In this document: positions 26,749 through 36,865 of the stretch, one piece after another
How positions within the stretch are numbered: the stretch's first letter is position 1
Layout: each line of letters begins with the position of its first letter
DNA from: Bdellovibrionota bacterium FG-1
Lineage (GTDB): Bacteria; Bdellovibrionota; UBA1018
Assembly (NCBI GenBank): GCA_051382295.1
Contig: JBBCAW010000085.1
Coordinates: 1 to 63,156, forward strand
Direction: 5' to 3'
Length of the DNA stretch: 63,156 bases
The notes under the pieces: generated by a model
Seen by the model: the letters and a program-made list of their open reading frames with translations, nothing else
Database searches by the model: none
What the model was told of the DNA's origin: nothing
Program-made: the position numbers and the translations under genes

Positions 26749-28692
26749 ATGATCGACAGGATGGTCGAAAAAAACAGCAGGAAGCTGAATCTTTTAATGG
26801 TCGTGGCGAGCGTCATGGTGCTGGCTGGGGGGATTCAAAAAGTTTGGGCGGCCGCCAATGTCACAGGCATTGATTTCAAAAATACCGACGCACAGAGTGT
26901 ATTGAAGATCACCGCCGATGGCCCCGTGACCTTCGAAAAGCAAGAAAACGCGCAGGATAAGCAAGTGATTTTGGAAATTAAAGGTGCGAAGCTTTCGACC
27001 GTCGCGCGCCGCAAGATCGATACGTCATCCTTCAATAGCAAAGTCAGTCTGATTAGTCCCTATGAAGTGCAGGGACAGCCGGACACTGCTCGAGTGGTGC
27101 TGCAACTCAAAGATAATGCAGCGGTCGAGGTCACTCAGGATGGCAATGTGATCAGTGTCGTGGTCCCCAATGGCGCCGCCACGGTGGTGGCCGAGGCCCC
27201 GCCCTCATCGGCTCCGGCAGTAGCTGCCGCGCCCCCCGGTGTCGATGCGGTTGACGTGCTTTCTCCTGCAGTTGCGGCCCCGAGTGCCTCAGCCGCTAAT
27301 AGTTCGGATTTTGATCAGCTCAGCAAGGCCCTCGAAGCTCGAGAAACTCGCAATTTTAGCGGAAAACCCGTGACCCTCCAGGTGCGGGACGCCGACGTGA
27401 ACGACGTCCTCAGGATGATCAGTGAAGCCAGCGGCTTTAACATCGTGGTGGGGGATGACGTTAAAGGTAAGATTACGCTTTCGATGGTGGATGTTCCTTG
27501 GGATCAAGCGTTGGATGTGGTGCTTCGAACCCTCAAGCTGGGAGCCGAACGCAATAATAATCTTTTGCGGGTGGTAACGCTCCAGTCGCTTACTGACGAA
27601 AAACAGCAAGAATTCAAAGCTAAAAGGGCCGCGATGGCGATTGCGCCGACGATTACGCGGATGTTTGGAATTAGCTATGCCGACCCCAAAGATTTGATGG
27701 ATACGTTGAAATCCTTTAGCTCCCAGGGAGCCGGCAGTGTGCTGGTGGGTGGCGGATCCGCAGTAGCGGCGGGCGAAGCCGGCGACAATCTGTTTAAAGT
27801 TCAGCTCGATAAACGGACCAATCAGCTCATCGTTCAAGATACTCCCGAGCACATGGAAAAAGTTTCTAAGCTGATTCAACTGCTCGATACTCAGACTCCC
27901 CAAGTGTTGATTGAGTCCAAAATTATCGAGGCAAGCGAGCAATTTGCCAAAGCAATCGGTGGAAGCATCGGGATGGGCGGGTCGATGGGAATGTTGGGTG
28001 GGAGTTCGCCGGTGGTGGCAAGTTTTTCAGGCGGGAATCCGTTGGACTCTCTCATCGGAAGTCCCGGGGTTTTTGCGAACGGAGGCGCCGTGGCGACTGC
28101 GGGAGGCGCCACGGGAGGCAGTACTTTTGGCCTCTCTCCGACGTTTAATTTTATTCCCGGCCTCACTCGCCTCAATGCGATTTTGAGCCTGGCCGAGAAT
28201 GATAGCACTGTTAAAGTCATTACCTCTCCTAAAATAGTGGTGTTGAACAAAGAAAATGCCAACGTGACTCAATCGACTCCGGTTGCGTCTATTATTTCCA
28301 CTGTTTCAAACGGAACCGTGACGAGGTCGTTGGATATTAAAAATGCAACGGTTAGCCTGAATGTGACTCCGACGGTCACCAATGATGGCGGCGTTCAGTT
28401 GGAACTCAATATTCAACGGGGTATACCTTTCAGTCTGGACCCACAAAACACAGCCGTGGCTGATCGCACGATCAAGACCAAGGTTTTGGTGGATAGTGGT
28501 TCAACCTTGGTGATTGGCGGCGTTTATTCACTCCAAACGGATCATTCGAGTTCTGGCTTTCCGATCCTCCGGAAAATTCCGATTTTGGGGGTATTGTTTG
28601 GGAGCGATAGCGAAAGTACGCATCGCACTGAGTTGTTTTTCTTTATTACGCCTAAGATTCTCAACCTCAAAGAATCCGGCCTCGGCACATGA
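26749..28692 (+). CDS. pilQ: type IV pilus secretin PilQ
   Basis: AMIN domain, DVPWDQALD, PQVLIE.KI.E, T.VIGG, P.L..IP.LG.LF, EL..FITP.I. Confidence 0.95.
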   Translation: MIDRMVEKNSRKLNLLMVVASVMVLAGGIQKVWAAANVTGIDFKNTDAQSVLKITADGPVTFEKQENAQDKQVILEIKGAKLSTVARRKIDTSSFNSKVSLISPYEVQGQPDTARVVLQLKDNAAVEVTQDGNVISVVVPNGAATVVAEAPPSSAPAVAAAPPGVDAVDVLSPAVAAPSASAANSSDFDQLSKALEARETRNFSGKPVTLQVRDADVNDVLRMISEASGFNIVVGDDVKGKITLSMVDVPWDQALDVVLRTLKLGAERNNNLLRVVTLQSLTDEKQQEFKAKRAAMAIAPTITRMFGISYADPKDLMDTLKSFSSQGAGSVLVGGGSAVAAGEAGDNLFKVQLDKRTNQLIVQDTPEHMEKVSKLIQLLDTQTPQVLIESKIIEASEQFAKAIGGSIGMGGSMGMLGGSSPVVASFSGGNPLDSLIGSPGVFANGGAVATAGGATGGSTFGLSPTFNFIPGLTRLNAILSLAENDSTVKVITSPKIVVLNKENANVTQSTPVASIISTVSNGTVTRSLDIKNATVSLNVTPTVTNDGGVQLELNIQRGIPFSLDPQNTAVADRTIKTKVLVDSGSTLVIGGVYSLQTDHSSSGFPILRKIPILGVLFGSDSESTHRTELFFFITPKILNLKESGLGT

Positions 28693-29294
28693 AACCTGGT
28701 AGGCATTCGCCGGTCATCTATCACTATCTGAAGAAGTATCAAGATGACCCCAATTCACGGGTGTTTGCTCCTTTGGCCGAGGCTTATCGAAAAGCAGGCC
28801 TTGTGAACGAGGCGGTTGAAATCGCGCGCGAGGGACTTCGGGTTCATCCTCATTTTGTAGGTGGAAGGGTGGCCTTAGCTCGGGCACTTTTTGACAAGGA
28901 ACTCTATGCTGAAGTGGTTGAGGAGTTGAGCAAAGTCGTTCAAGATGTTCCAGATAATTTGGCCGCACAGCGTCTATTGGCCGAGTCCTGTCTGATGTTA
29001 GGGCGAGTGGCCGAGGCTCTCGGTGCGTATAAAATGCTGTTGTTTTTTGCGCCTCAGGACACCGAAACCGCACGACTGGTGCAGGAGTTGGAACTGCAAG
29101 CGTACGATGAGGGTACGTTGGTTTTGCGGACTGATCCCCGCCCCCCTAAAGAACAGTTGCCTGAGTTTTCTGAGCGCGATGCGTCAGTTGCTTTTGGAGA
29201 GGATCCCTCGCTCAAACGCGCGCAATGGATTCGTCGCATCGAGCTTTTGCAGGGGCTTTTGCAGAAGGTGGAGCGTTATCGCGTCAGAGATTGA
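28689..29294 (+). CDS. TPR protein
   Basis: DPNSRVFAPLAEAYRKAG... Confidence 0.8.
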   Translation: MKPGRHSPVIYHYLKKYQDDPNSRVFAPLAEAYRKAGLVNEAVEIAREGLRVHPHFVGGRVALARALFDKELYAEVVEELSKVVQDVPDNLAAQRLLAESCLMLGRVAEALGAYKMLLFFAPQDTETARLVQELELQAYDEGTLVLRTDPRPPKEQLPEFSERDASVAFGEDPSLKRAQWIRRIELLQGLLQKVERYRVRD

Positions 29295-29356
29295 CACTTT
29301 CACACGGCTCGGTTACTCAATTTGAAAAGTAAACGGAGTTTAGGGGTTATTTATTC

Positions 29357-29920
29357 ATGTACGCAACTAATCAATTTCGTAAAGGTTTGAAGCTTGAAAT
29401 CGATGGAATTCCATATGAAATCGTGGATTTCCAGCATGTAAGTCCAGGTAAAGGTCGCGCTTTTACTCGGACGAAATTAAAAAACATGATGAATCACAAC
29501 GTGATCGAAAGAACCATCACGTCGGGTGATAAGATCGACCGGGCCAATACGGAGCAGATTGAGGCGCAGTATCTTTATCATGATTCCGAAGGTTTCCATT
29601 TTATGAACCAGGCTAATTACGAACAACTTGTGATGAGCCCGGAGCAATTAGGGGACGCCAAAGATTTTCTTCAGGAAAATTTGGTCATTCATATCATGTT
29701 CTTTAATGAACGGCCCATTGGCGTTGAGTTGCCGACTTTTGTGAATTTAAAAGTCGTTGAAACTGATCCTGCATTTAAAGGCGATACTGTCACTGGTGGC
29801 ACAAAACCGGCAAAGACTGAGACGGGTGCAGTGGTTCAAGTTCCCTTCCACATCAAGGAAGGTGATGTCCTGAAAATTGATACACGTGAATACAAATACG
29901 TCGAGAAGGTGAATAAATAA
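29357..29920 (+). CDS. efp: elongation factor P
   Basis: PGKG loop, GDT..GG.KPA..ETG..VQVP..I..G..LKIDTR. Confidence 0.97.
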   Translation: MYATNQFRKGLKLEIDGIPYEIVDFQHVSPGKGRAFTRTKLKNMMNHNVIERTITSGDKIDRANTEQIEAQYLYHDSEGFHFMNQANYEQLVMSPEQLGDAKDFLQENLVIHIMFFNERPIGVELPTFVNLKVVETDPAFKGDTVTGGTKPAKTETGAVVQVPFHIKEGDVLKIDTREYKYVEKVNK

Positions 29921-29921
29921 C

Positions 29922-30425
29922 GTGGCAAAAATTTCCAAGTCGTCGGGTGTGGCTTCCCCAAAAACAGGCGGTAGCGATGACCTCAGCCGTCTGGAGAAAA
30001 TTTTTGAACTCATGGGGCGTCATTCCATGGCCGAGCTCGAATGGGAGCGCGGTGATGAGCGCCTACGGGTGCGAACTCAAGCAGGAATGTCGCGCCCCGC
30101 ACCAATAACTTCAGGAACTTCCCCTGCAACTTTAGTCGATGCCCCTAGGCCGGCCGTCGAAGTACCCAAGGTGACTGTGGGGAGTAACCAAAAACAAGTG
30201 GTGTCGCCCTTTGTTGGGACTTTTTACCGCGCGCCTTCTCCCACCTCCGACCCCTATGTCCGAGAAGGTCAGGTGATCAAGCGCGGCGATGTGCTTTGTA
30301 TCATCGAGGCGATGAAGCTTATGAACGAAATAGATGCCGAATTTGGGGGAAAAGTAATTTCGGTTTTGGTGGATAACGGGCAGCCCGTTGAGTTTGGCGA
30401 GCCACTTTTTTTGATTGAAATTTGA
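29922..30425 (+). CDS. accB: biotin carboxyl carrier protein
   Basis: SP.VGTFY.APSP, IIEAMKLMNEI. Confidence 0.97.
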   Translation: MAKISKSSGVASPKTGGSDDLSRLEKIFELMGRHSMAELEWERGDERLRVRTQAGMSRPAPITSGTSPATLVDAPRPAVEVPKVTVGSNQKQVVSPFVGTFYRAPSPTSDPYVREGQVIKRGDVLCIIEAMKLMNEIDAEFGGKVISVLVDNGQPVEFGEPLFLIEI

Positions 30426-30439
30426 TCGGGGGCATCCAC

Positions 30440-31795
30440 GTGTCCCATCCCCTCTTTCGTAAAGTTCTCATCGCAAATCGAGGCGAAATCGCTCTGCGGG
30501 TCATTCGGGCCTGCCGGGAGCTGGGGATTTCGACGGTAGCGGTTTATTCGACGGCGGATGAACATTCCTTGCATGTCAAGCTTGCTGACGAGGCGGTGTG
30601 TATTGGGCCTGCACATTCCAAACTCAGTTATTTGAATATCGCGAGTATTTTATCGGCGGCCGATATTACGGGCGCTGATGCGATTCATCCAGGCTATGGC
30701 TTTTTATCCGAAAACGCGGAATTTGCGAAATTAACCTCGGAATGCGGCGTGACTTTTATCGGGCCCACGACCGAAAATATCCGGGCCATGGGTGAAAAGA
30801 CGCATGCTCGCCAAATTGCGCGAGAGGCTGGCGTGCCAATGCTTCCGGGTACCCTTGAGGCCGTACCGCACGTGGAAGCGGCCCTCGAAGAAGCTGAAAA
30901 GATCGGTTATCCGGTGATTCTCAAGGCGGCTGCGGGCGGTGGGGGTCGCGGGATTTATGTGGTTTACAATGCAGTTCAGCTTAAGCATTCCTTTGAACGC
31001 GTGAGTTCCGAGGCGGGTGCGGCTTTTGGCAATTCGTCGATGTATCTCGAAAAATATTGCCAGCATCCCCGGCATGTTGAAATTCAGGTTCTTTGCGATA
31101 AGCACGGCAATCGGCTTGCGCTGGGCGATCGGGATTGCACGATTCAACGGCGTCATCAAAAGCTGCTTGAAGAGTCGCCCAGCGCGATTTTGGATCCTGA
31201 GCTTCGACAACAGATGTCCGATGCGGCTCTGAAGCTTTGTGAGGCGATTCACTACGAAAACGTCGGGACGATCGAGTTTTTGGTCGAGAATAAAAAATTC
31301 TATTTCATGGAAATGAATACCCGAATTCAGGTCGAGCATCCGGTAACCGAAATGGTTACGGGGATTGATTTAGTGAAAGAGCAAATTCGTGCGGCGGCTG
31401 GGATGGTGCTTTCGTATCGGCAGTCGGATATTCAGATTCATTCTCATGCGATCGAATGTCGGATCAATGCCGAGGATTCGGATACCTTTGCGCCCTCTCC
31501 AGGAAAGATCACTGGCCTTCATATTCCGGGTGGTAATGGGGTTAGGATTGACTCGTTTGTTTACGATCAATACACCGTCTTGCCCTTTTATGATTCGATG
31601 ATTGCCAAGTTGATCGTTCATGCTCCCACTCGGCTTGAGGCGATTGGTAAAATGCGTCAAGCGCTTGACGAAATCGTGATTGAAGGCATCAAAACAAACA
31701 TCAGTTTTCATAAGAAAATCATGGCGAGCAAGAAATTTCGCGACTCGGATTACGATACTCATTTTTTGGAAGAGTTTCTTCCGAAATATGAGTAA
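30440..31795 (+). CDS. accC: biotin carboxylase
   Basis: KVLIANRGEIALR, HPGYGFLSEN, GGGGRG, EMNTRIQVEHPVTE. Confidence 0.97.
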   Translation: MSHPLFRKVLIANRGEIALRVIRACRELGISTVAVYSTADEHSLHVKLADEAVCIGPAHSKLSYLNIASILSAADITGADAIHPGYGFLSENAEFAKLTSECGVTFIGPTTENIRAMGEKTHARQIAREAGVPMLPGTLEAVPHVEAALEEAEKIGYPVILKAAAGGGGRGIYVVYNAVQLKHSFERVSSEAGAAFGNSSMYLEKYCQHPRHVEIQVLCDKHGNRLALGDRDCTIQRRHQKLLEESPSAILDPELRQQMSDAALKLCEAIHYENVGTIEFLVENKKFYFMEMNTRIQVEHPVTEMVTGIDLVKEQIRAAAGMVLSYRQSDIQIHSHAIECRINAEDSDTFAPSPGKITGLHIPGGNGVRIDSFVYDQYTVLPFYDSMIAKLIVHAPTRLEAIGKMRQALDEIVIEGIKTNISFHKKIMASKKFRDSDYDTHFLEEFLPKYE

Positions 31796-31807
31796 AATTG
31801 ATGAGTT

Positions 31808-32752
31808 GTGGTAAAAAAAATTACTCCTCCCCCGGAGGAGTCTAAGATAGACAATTCGACCCATCAGGACGACTCAGCGACGCGCGTTGATATGGGTGAA
31901 GATTTGATCGAGAGAGCGGCAACGCCAGTGGTTCGCGCCGTGGTCGAATCCTTGCGGCTCGATGATCAACTTGAAAGCGCGCGAATTTTAATGCGCGAGG
32001 GAATTCTCGACGAAGCCAAGAGAGTACTGAGGCGTATTCTTTTGGGTGATCCCTCGCAATTCGATGCACGCCGCCTTTTGGAAGAAGTCCATGAACGTGA
32101 ACTCAAGGTGCTCTTGGATGGTACCTTTGAGCCCCGACGGCGGTTCGGCGAGCGTCAGCTCGAAACGCCGGTTGAAATCAGTGCTGATCTTGTGCTGAAG
32201 AATCTGGATCGAGATTTGGACCTCGGAATTTTTTCGGAAGATGGCTCCGAGGGAATGGGCCAATTTGATTTGTTTCAGGATCAAGCGGCTCTTGAAGCGT
32301 TTGCGGAAAAACTGGATCGCGACCTCGCGCAAAGTTCGATTTCCGACCGAACCGACATTGGAATTGGTTTTTTAGAAATGGGGTTGCATGACTTTGCGAT
32401 CCGAAATTTTAAGGCAGTCATTCAGCGTCTTTCGTTCGAATCCTCGCAGGATGCCGGCGCGACGGTTGATCAGTTGTTGTCCGTTACTGGACTTCTTGCT
32501 TATGCCCTCATTTTGGCCGGCCGGGCGTTCGAGGCGACGATGGCGATGCAAAGGATGTTGGCCGACGTGGAAATTCCGCAGTCGCGCAAATTGGACCTGA
32601 TTTATTTGATGGGGCGGGCGAATGAGGCTCTGGTCAAACTCGAAACAGCTATGCAGTGTTATCGTCAGGTAACAAAAATGGACCCTCATTATCGGGATGT
32701 CGAGGAAAGGTTGAGGCGGATCGAAAAGCGGGCTTCGCCACGGGTAAAATGA
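31808..32752 (+). CDS. TPR protein resembling the SgmX C-terminus / Bd2492-type
   Basis: D.GIGF.EMGL...AI..F, Y.MGRA.E, DP.YRDV..R; lies between accC and tamB. Confidence 0.65.
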   Translation: MVKKITPPPEESKIDNSTHQDDSATRVDMGEDLIERAATPVVRAVVESLRLDDQLESARILMREGILDEAKRVLRRILLGDPSQFDARRLLEEVHERELKVLLDGTFEPRRRFGERQLETPVEISADLVLKNLDRDLDLGIFSEDGSEGMGQFDLFQDQAALEAFAEKLDRDLAQSSISDRTDIGIGFLEMGLHDFAIRNFKAVIQRLSFESSQDAGATVDQLLSVTGLLAYALILAGRAFEATMAMQRMLADVEIPQSRKLDLIYLMGRANEALVKLETAMQCYRQVTKMDPHYRDVEERLRRIEKRASPRVK

Positions 32753-35700
32753 GAAAGTCCCCGTTTGTCATTTTTGCGATCGTGATGGCGGTCCTGATTG
32801 GAGGGGTGATTTCCTTCATTCAGGGGCCCGGTTTTGCGCGAGTGATGAAAGAGGTTTTGTATCGATACGCCCCCAAGGACATGGGTATCGTGGGGGACTT
32901 CGAGGGTTTGGATGTCACGATTTTTCCACCCGGGCTGTCCGTTCGCAAACCTAAAATTCGAGTGATCGAACATAATATCGCGAATCTTCCTCCAGGGTCG
33001 GAGATCAATGCCGAACGCATTGATCTAGAGTTCAGACCCGTTCAGATGTTTTCCGGAAATATCCGAGTGCATGAAGTGACCATTGTGAATGGGGATGTGC
33101 ATTTGTTTTTAGGGGATCTTTATTCTCAAAAACCCCAGAAAAAAGGCTACAAAATTGATTTTCATTGGGATGAGCTCTTTCAGATTCACGCAGAAGCACT
33201 TTCAATCCGAAACACCCAGTTTCATTTGGAGGCAGCTCAGCCCGAGGTTTTAGTCGATTTCAAGGTCGATTCTGCTCGTGTAGGGCAGTGGTCGGGATCC
33301 GGAGGCTTGGGATACGAGTTGGACGTCGCCCTCAGCGATGTGAAGGGCCATCCTCTGACGGGGGTTCCGATGCCCAGTCAAATTGACCGACTTGCGGGCG
33401 TCGCGCATATTAATGCGGCCGGGTTGCAGCTTGATGGACTTGCACTGGTGGCTCCTGGTCTTAAGCTGGACGCTAAAGGTGTACTTAAGGGAAATGTTTT
33501 GGGACAGAAGAATCTCGGCTTTGAGGCGGACGTCAACGTGGAAGGGGACGCCGCGCAGGCGATGACATGGGCTTTTCAAAATCCGAAAAATCGGCCGGAT
33601 GTCTCGGGCTTATTTACCTTTGACGGAAAGCTTCGCGTGGATCCGCTCCACATAGAAGACACGCTTCGTATCGAGGGCTCCATGAAAGGCACGGCCGTCA
33701 GGTTTCAAAAGTGGAGCGCCGATAGGATGAGCTCCAAATTTGCCTGGCAGTCAGCGGCCAAAACGGGGGGAGAAATTACGGTGGGCGCGGTTGAGATTTC
33801 TTCGCGCGAAATACCTAGAATAGGTGGAAATCAGGCGGGGAGTGGCGGAAAGATATCGCTGGGCGCGTTTAAGGTCAATTTGGCTAATCCTGCCCTTACG
33901 GTGCCAGTCACCCTGGAACGGGTTCATCTGCACTGGTTGGCCACGCCTGTTCTCAAGGATGTTTATCCGCTGGATCTTCGCGCTAGCGGTCCAGTGACTA
34001 TCGAGTTTCGGCCAGCGACTGATGGGGATCCTTGGGAGCTTGAGGCCAAGGTTGCTCTGCGAGTGGAAGACTTTCAGCTCGACAATCAGCACTTAGGAAA
34101 AGTGAAACCGCTTCACAAAATTTTACATGTGCCAAAAATTTCCGTCGAAGGCAATGTGATCGTGGATTCCAACGCGATTCGCACGCCTTCACTCACCGTA
34201 TCGACAGGGACTTCCAGCTTTAAGGGGGTGGGGGAGGTCGTTTTTAAAGCGGGTTATGACTTGGTATTTTCCGGTCAGGCGAATTTGCAGGATGTCGGAC
34301 AGCTCGCTGAAAATGATATTCGCGGTACGGGAAGTTTGGTGGCTCATGTGCATGGACCAAGCTCGGCCTTGCTCGTCGATTTTGATACCGATTTGAAGGA
34401 TGCGGAATACCTCAAACTCAGGTTGGGAGACTTGAAAGGGCGGCTTACCTGGGATGATGGTCATGATCACGTGATCTTATCCAAGCTGATTGGGCATCGG
34501 GGTTTAACTACTTATTTGGGCGATGGAAATATTGATTTATCCGAAGGCAAAGACACGATTGAGATGGAAGTGAAGATCCCCCCAGGTCAAATTCAGGACG
34601 TGATTCCGGTATTTGACCAGCTGACCTCCGATCTTTGGTGGTTTCCTCATGCGTTGACGGGCGCGACGCATGGTGAAGTCAAAATTTCGGGGGGGGTCAG
34701 CATGGATCGCCTCGTGGTTCAGGCCAATCTTTTGGGCGAGGAGTGGGCTTATCTTGGCGAGCGTTTTGCCACGGTTGCGATCGACGGGGGGTATGATCGC
34801 GGAAAATATCAAATCAACGATTTTAAGGCGCTCAAGCGGTTCGGCAGATTATTTGGGAAAATTTCACTGGATTCTGCTGGAATTTTGGACTGGGGTTTAC
34901 GCTCCGAAGGCTTGACTATAGCAGATTTTGATCATGTGGCCCGTTTGGATGTTCCGATGCGAGCTCGGGTTTTGGTCTCCACTCTCGGCTGCGGTCCCGA
35001 TGGTGGGGTTAAGTCCATTACCCAGATCAAACTTGAGGATTTTGCCGTTCGAGGAACGCAATTGCCTGGAAGTTCTCTCGTGATTCGCAGTGAGGGCGGG
35101 CGGGCTCAGTTAAGTGGTGTCGCTTTAGGCGGGCAAGGCACGCTGGATGCTTCTTATTATTTTAAACTCGGGGGGGAGAGTTCGCTCAAGGCGGAGTTTA
35201 AGCAACTTGATTTTTCTCCTATCCTTTTACTCTTGAATCCCAAGCTCATTCAAGATCGCGCGTTGACGGGGCGGTTCTCGGGATTGGTCGCCTTGAATTT
35301 TAAATCCGGAAAAATCGAGCGCGCCAATGGGAAACTCGAACTGTCTGATTATCAGTTAGCTAAGACGGGATCTCGTTTTGAACTGACTCATCCCATCTCG
35401 GTCAAAATCGACGATGGTAGTTTTGATTTGAAAGAGCTGGCAATTCGCAGTTCTAAAAGCGAGGCCAGTCTGTCACTTGAGAGTGTTCAAGGTAAAATAG
35501 ACGGGACGATTTCAGGGGATTTGGACACGTCGTTAGCTGAGTTTGTGACGCCAGTAATAGGTCGGGCGACGGGAGTGGCTGCTCTGGACTTTTCGCTGGG
35601 CGGCACTCTCAGGGAGCCTACGGTTTTAGGAAAGATGGCTTTTGAAGGGGTGACCGTGAAAATTCCGGCCTTGGACTCAGCTTTCGAAAATACTTCGGGA

Positions 35701-36864
35701 GTAGTCCAAGTGAGACAAAATCATTTTTCCATTCAGAACATCCGCGCGGATTTGGCGGGGGGGACTACAACTGCTGAGGGGACGCTGACCGTGTTTGCCG
35801 ACCACTATCCTGAGATTGCGATTAAGGGAACGCTAGGGGGCAGTAAACTGAAGATACCACCGTTTCAATACGTCAAAGTGAAGGGAGATCTTGAGTTGCA
35901 GGGCAAGGATTTGCCATACTTGGTGGATGGATCTATTCTGGTGGAATCCGCCCTTACGAAACAAAAAATCCTGACTCAGCATAAGGAAGAAGGCACGAAG
36001 GCGATGAAATATTTGCCGCCGCCTTCGTCGCACAGTTCGAGCGATTATCCACTTTTTAAGCTCAACATTGGGGTTGTCGCTAATGGTAATGTTTTGATTC
36101 AAAATGACTTATTTGACGCCGAAGCGAGGGGGCGTCTGACGGTAGTCAATACCTTAGAGGCGCCCAGAATTTTGGGAAGTGGCGAGATCGTATCGGGCAA
36201 ACTGCTTTTCAAGGATAGGGCTTTTCAAATTCAATCTGCTTCGGCCACTTTTGACAATCCCACGGTGATTAATCCTAGCTTTACGCTCAATGCCAATACG
36301 GATATCAATGGTACAAAAATTCAACTCTATGTGGCAGGGCGCATGGATAAAATGGATAAGCTCAAGATTGAACTCACCTCGAATCCCGTTATGCCTGAAA
36401 ATGAAATTTTGAGTTTATTGACCATCGGTAGCACGACCGGGGATGCAAAACGCCTAAGCTCGACGGATCGTAGCGTGTACGAGCAGGGTGAGGCCGCATC
36501 CCTCCTTTTGCATTCACTGGATTTTAATCGGGAAGTTCAAGATAAAACGGGCATTCAAATTCAGCTTGACGAAGCGGTCGCACCTGTTCAGCAAGGGGTG
36601 AGCGCGTTTAAACCTCAGAATACGGCTGAAAGCATTGCCCAACCGCGGATTGTGATTAAGAAACAGATCGGCAAGAAACTGGATCTTTCGGTGGGTACGA
36701 CGGTGGGCGGGGCAACGGCGTTTGCTGGACGAGAGGTTGACGCTGAGTATCATTTTACCCCTGGTTTTTCAGTTCAGGGGGTTTGGAATAACTACGAAGG
36801 GACCGACACTCAGGCTCGGCACTCACTGGGTCTGGATCTCAAGCTTCAGAAGAGGTTCAGATAG
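32749..36864 (+). CDS. tamB: TamB/AsmA-like translocation and assembly module protein (DUF490)
   Basis: N-terminal TM, long beta-taenia repeats, C-terminal L.S.P......ILSLL..G. Confidence 0.88.
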   Translation: MRKSPFVIFAIVMAVLIGGVISFIQGPGFARVMKEVLYRYAPKDMGIVGDFEGLDVTIFPPGLSVRKPKIRVIEHNIANLPPGSEINAERIDLEFRPVQMFSGNIRVHEVTIVNGDVHLFLGDLYSQKPQKKGYKIDFHWDELFQIHAEALSIRNTQFHLEAAQPEVLVDFKVDSARVGQWSGSGGLGYELDVALSDVKGHPLTGVPMPSQIDRLAGVAHINAAGLQLDGLALVAPGLKLDAKGVLKGNVLGQKNLGFEADVNVEGDAAQAMTWAFQNPKNRPDVSGLFTFDGKLRVDPLHIEDTLRIEGSMKGTAVRFQKWSADRMSSKFAWQSAAKTGGEITVGAVEISSREIPRIGGNQAGSGGKISLGAFKVNLANPALTVPVTLERVHLHWLATPVLKDVYPLDLRASGPVTIEFRPATDGDPWELEAKVALRVEDFQLDNQHLGKVKPLHKILHVPKISVEGNVIVDSNAIRTPSLTVSTGTSSFKGVGEVVFKAGYDLVFSGQANLQDVGQLAENDIRGTGSLVAHVHGPSSALLVDFDTDLKDAEYLKLRLGDLKGRLTWDDGHDHVILSKLIGHRGLTTYLGDGNIDLSEGKDTIEMEVKIPPGQIQDVIPVFDQLTSDLWWFPHALTGATHGEVKISGGVSMDRLVVQANLLGEEWAYLGERFATVAIDGGYDRGKYQINDFKALKRFGRLFGKISLDSAGILDWGLRSEGLTIADFDHVARLDVPMRARVLVSTLGCGPDGGVKSITQIKLEDFAVRGTQLPGSSLVIRSEGGRAQLSGVALGGQGTLDASYYFKLGGESSLKAEFKQLDFSPILLLLNPKLIQDRALTGRFSGLVALNFKSGKIERANGKLELSDYQLAKTGSRFELTHPISVKIDDGSFDLKELAIRSSKSEASLSLESVQGKIDGTISGDLDTSLAEFVTPVIGRATGVAALDFSLGGTLREPTVLGKMAFEGVTVKIPALDSAFENTSGVVQVRQNHFSIQNIRADLAGGTTTAEGTLTVFADHYPEIAIKGTLGGSKLKIPPFQYVKVKGDLELQGKDLPYLVDGSILVESALTKQKILTQHKEEGTKAMKYLPPPSSHSSSDYPLFKLNIGVVANGNVLIQNDLFDAEARGRLTVVNTLEAPRILGSGEIVSGKLLFKDRAFQIQSASATFDNPTVINPSFTLNANTDINGTKIQLYVAGRMDKMDKLKIELTSNPVMPENEILSLLTIGSTTGDAKRLSSTDRSVYEQGEAASLLLHSLDFNREVQDKTGIQIQLDEAVAPVQQGVSAFKPQNTAESIAQPRIVIKKQIGKKLDLSVGTTVGGATAFAGREVDAEYHFTPGFSVQGVWNNYEGTDTQARHSLGLDLKLQKRFR

Positions 36865-36865
36865 A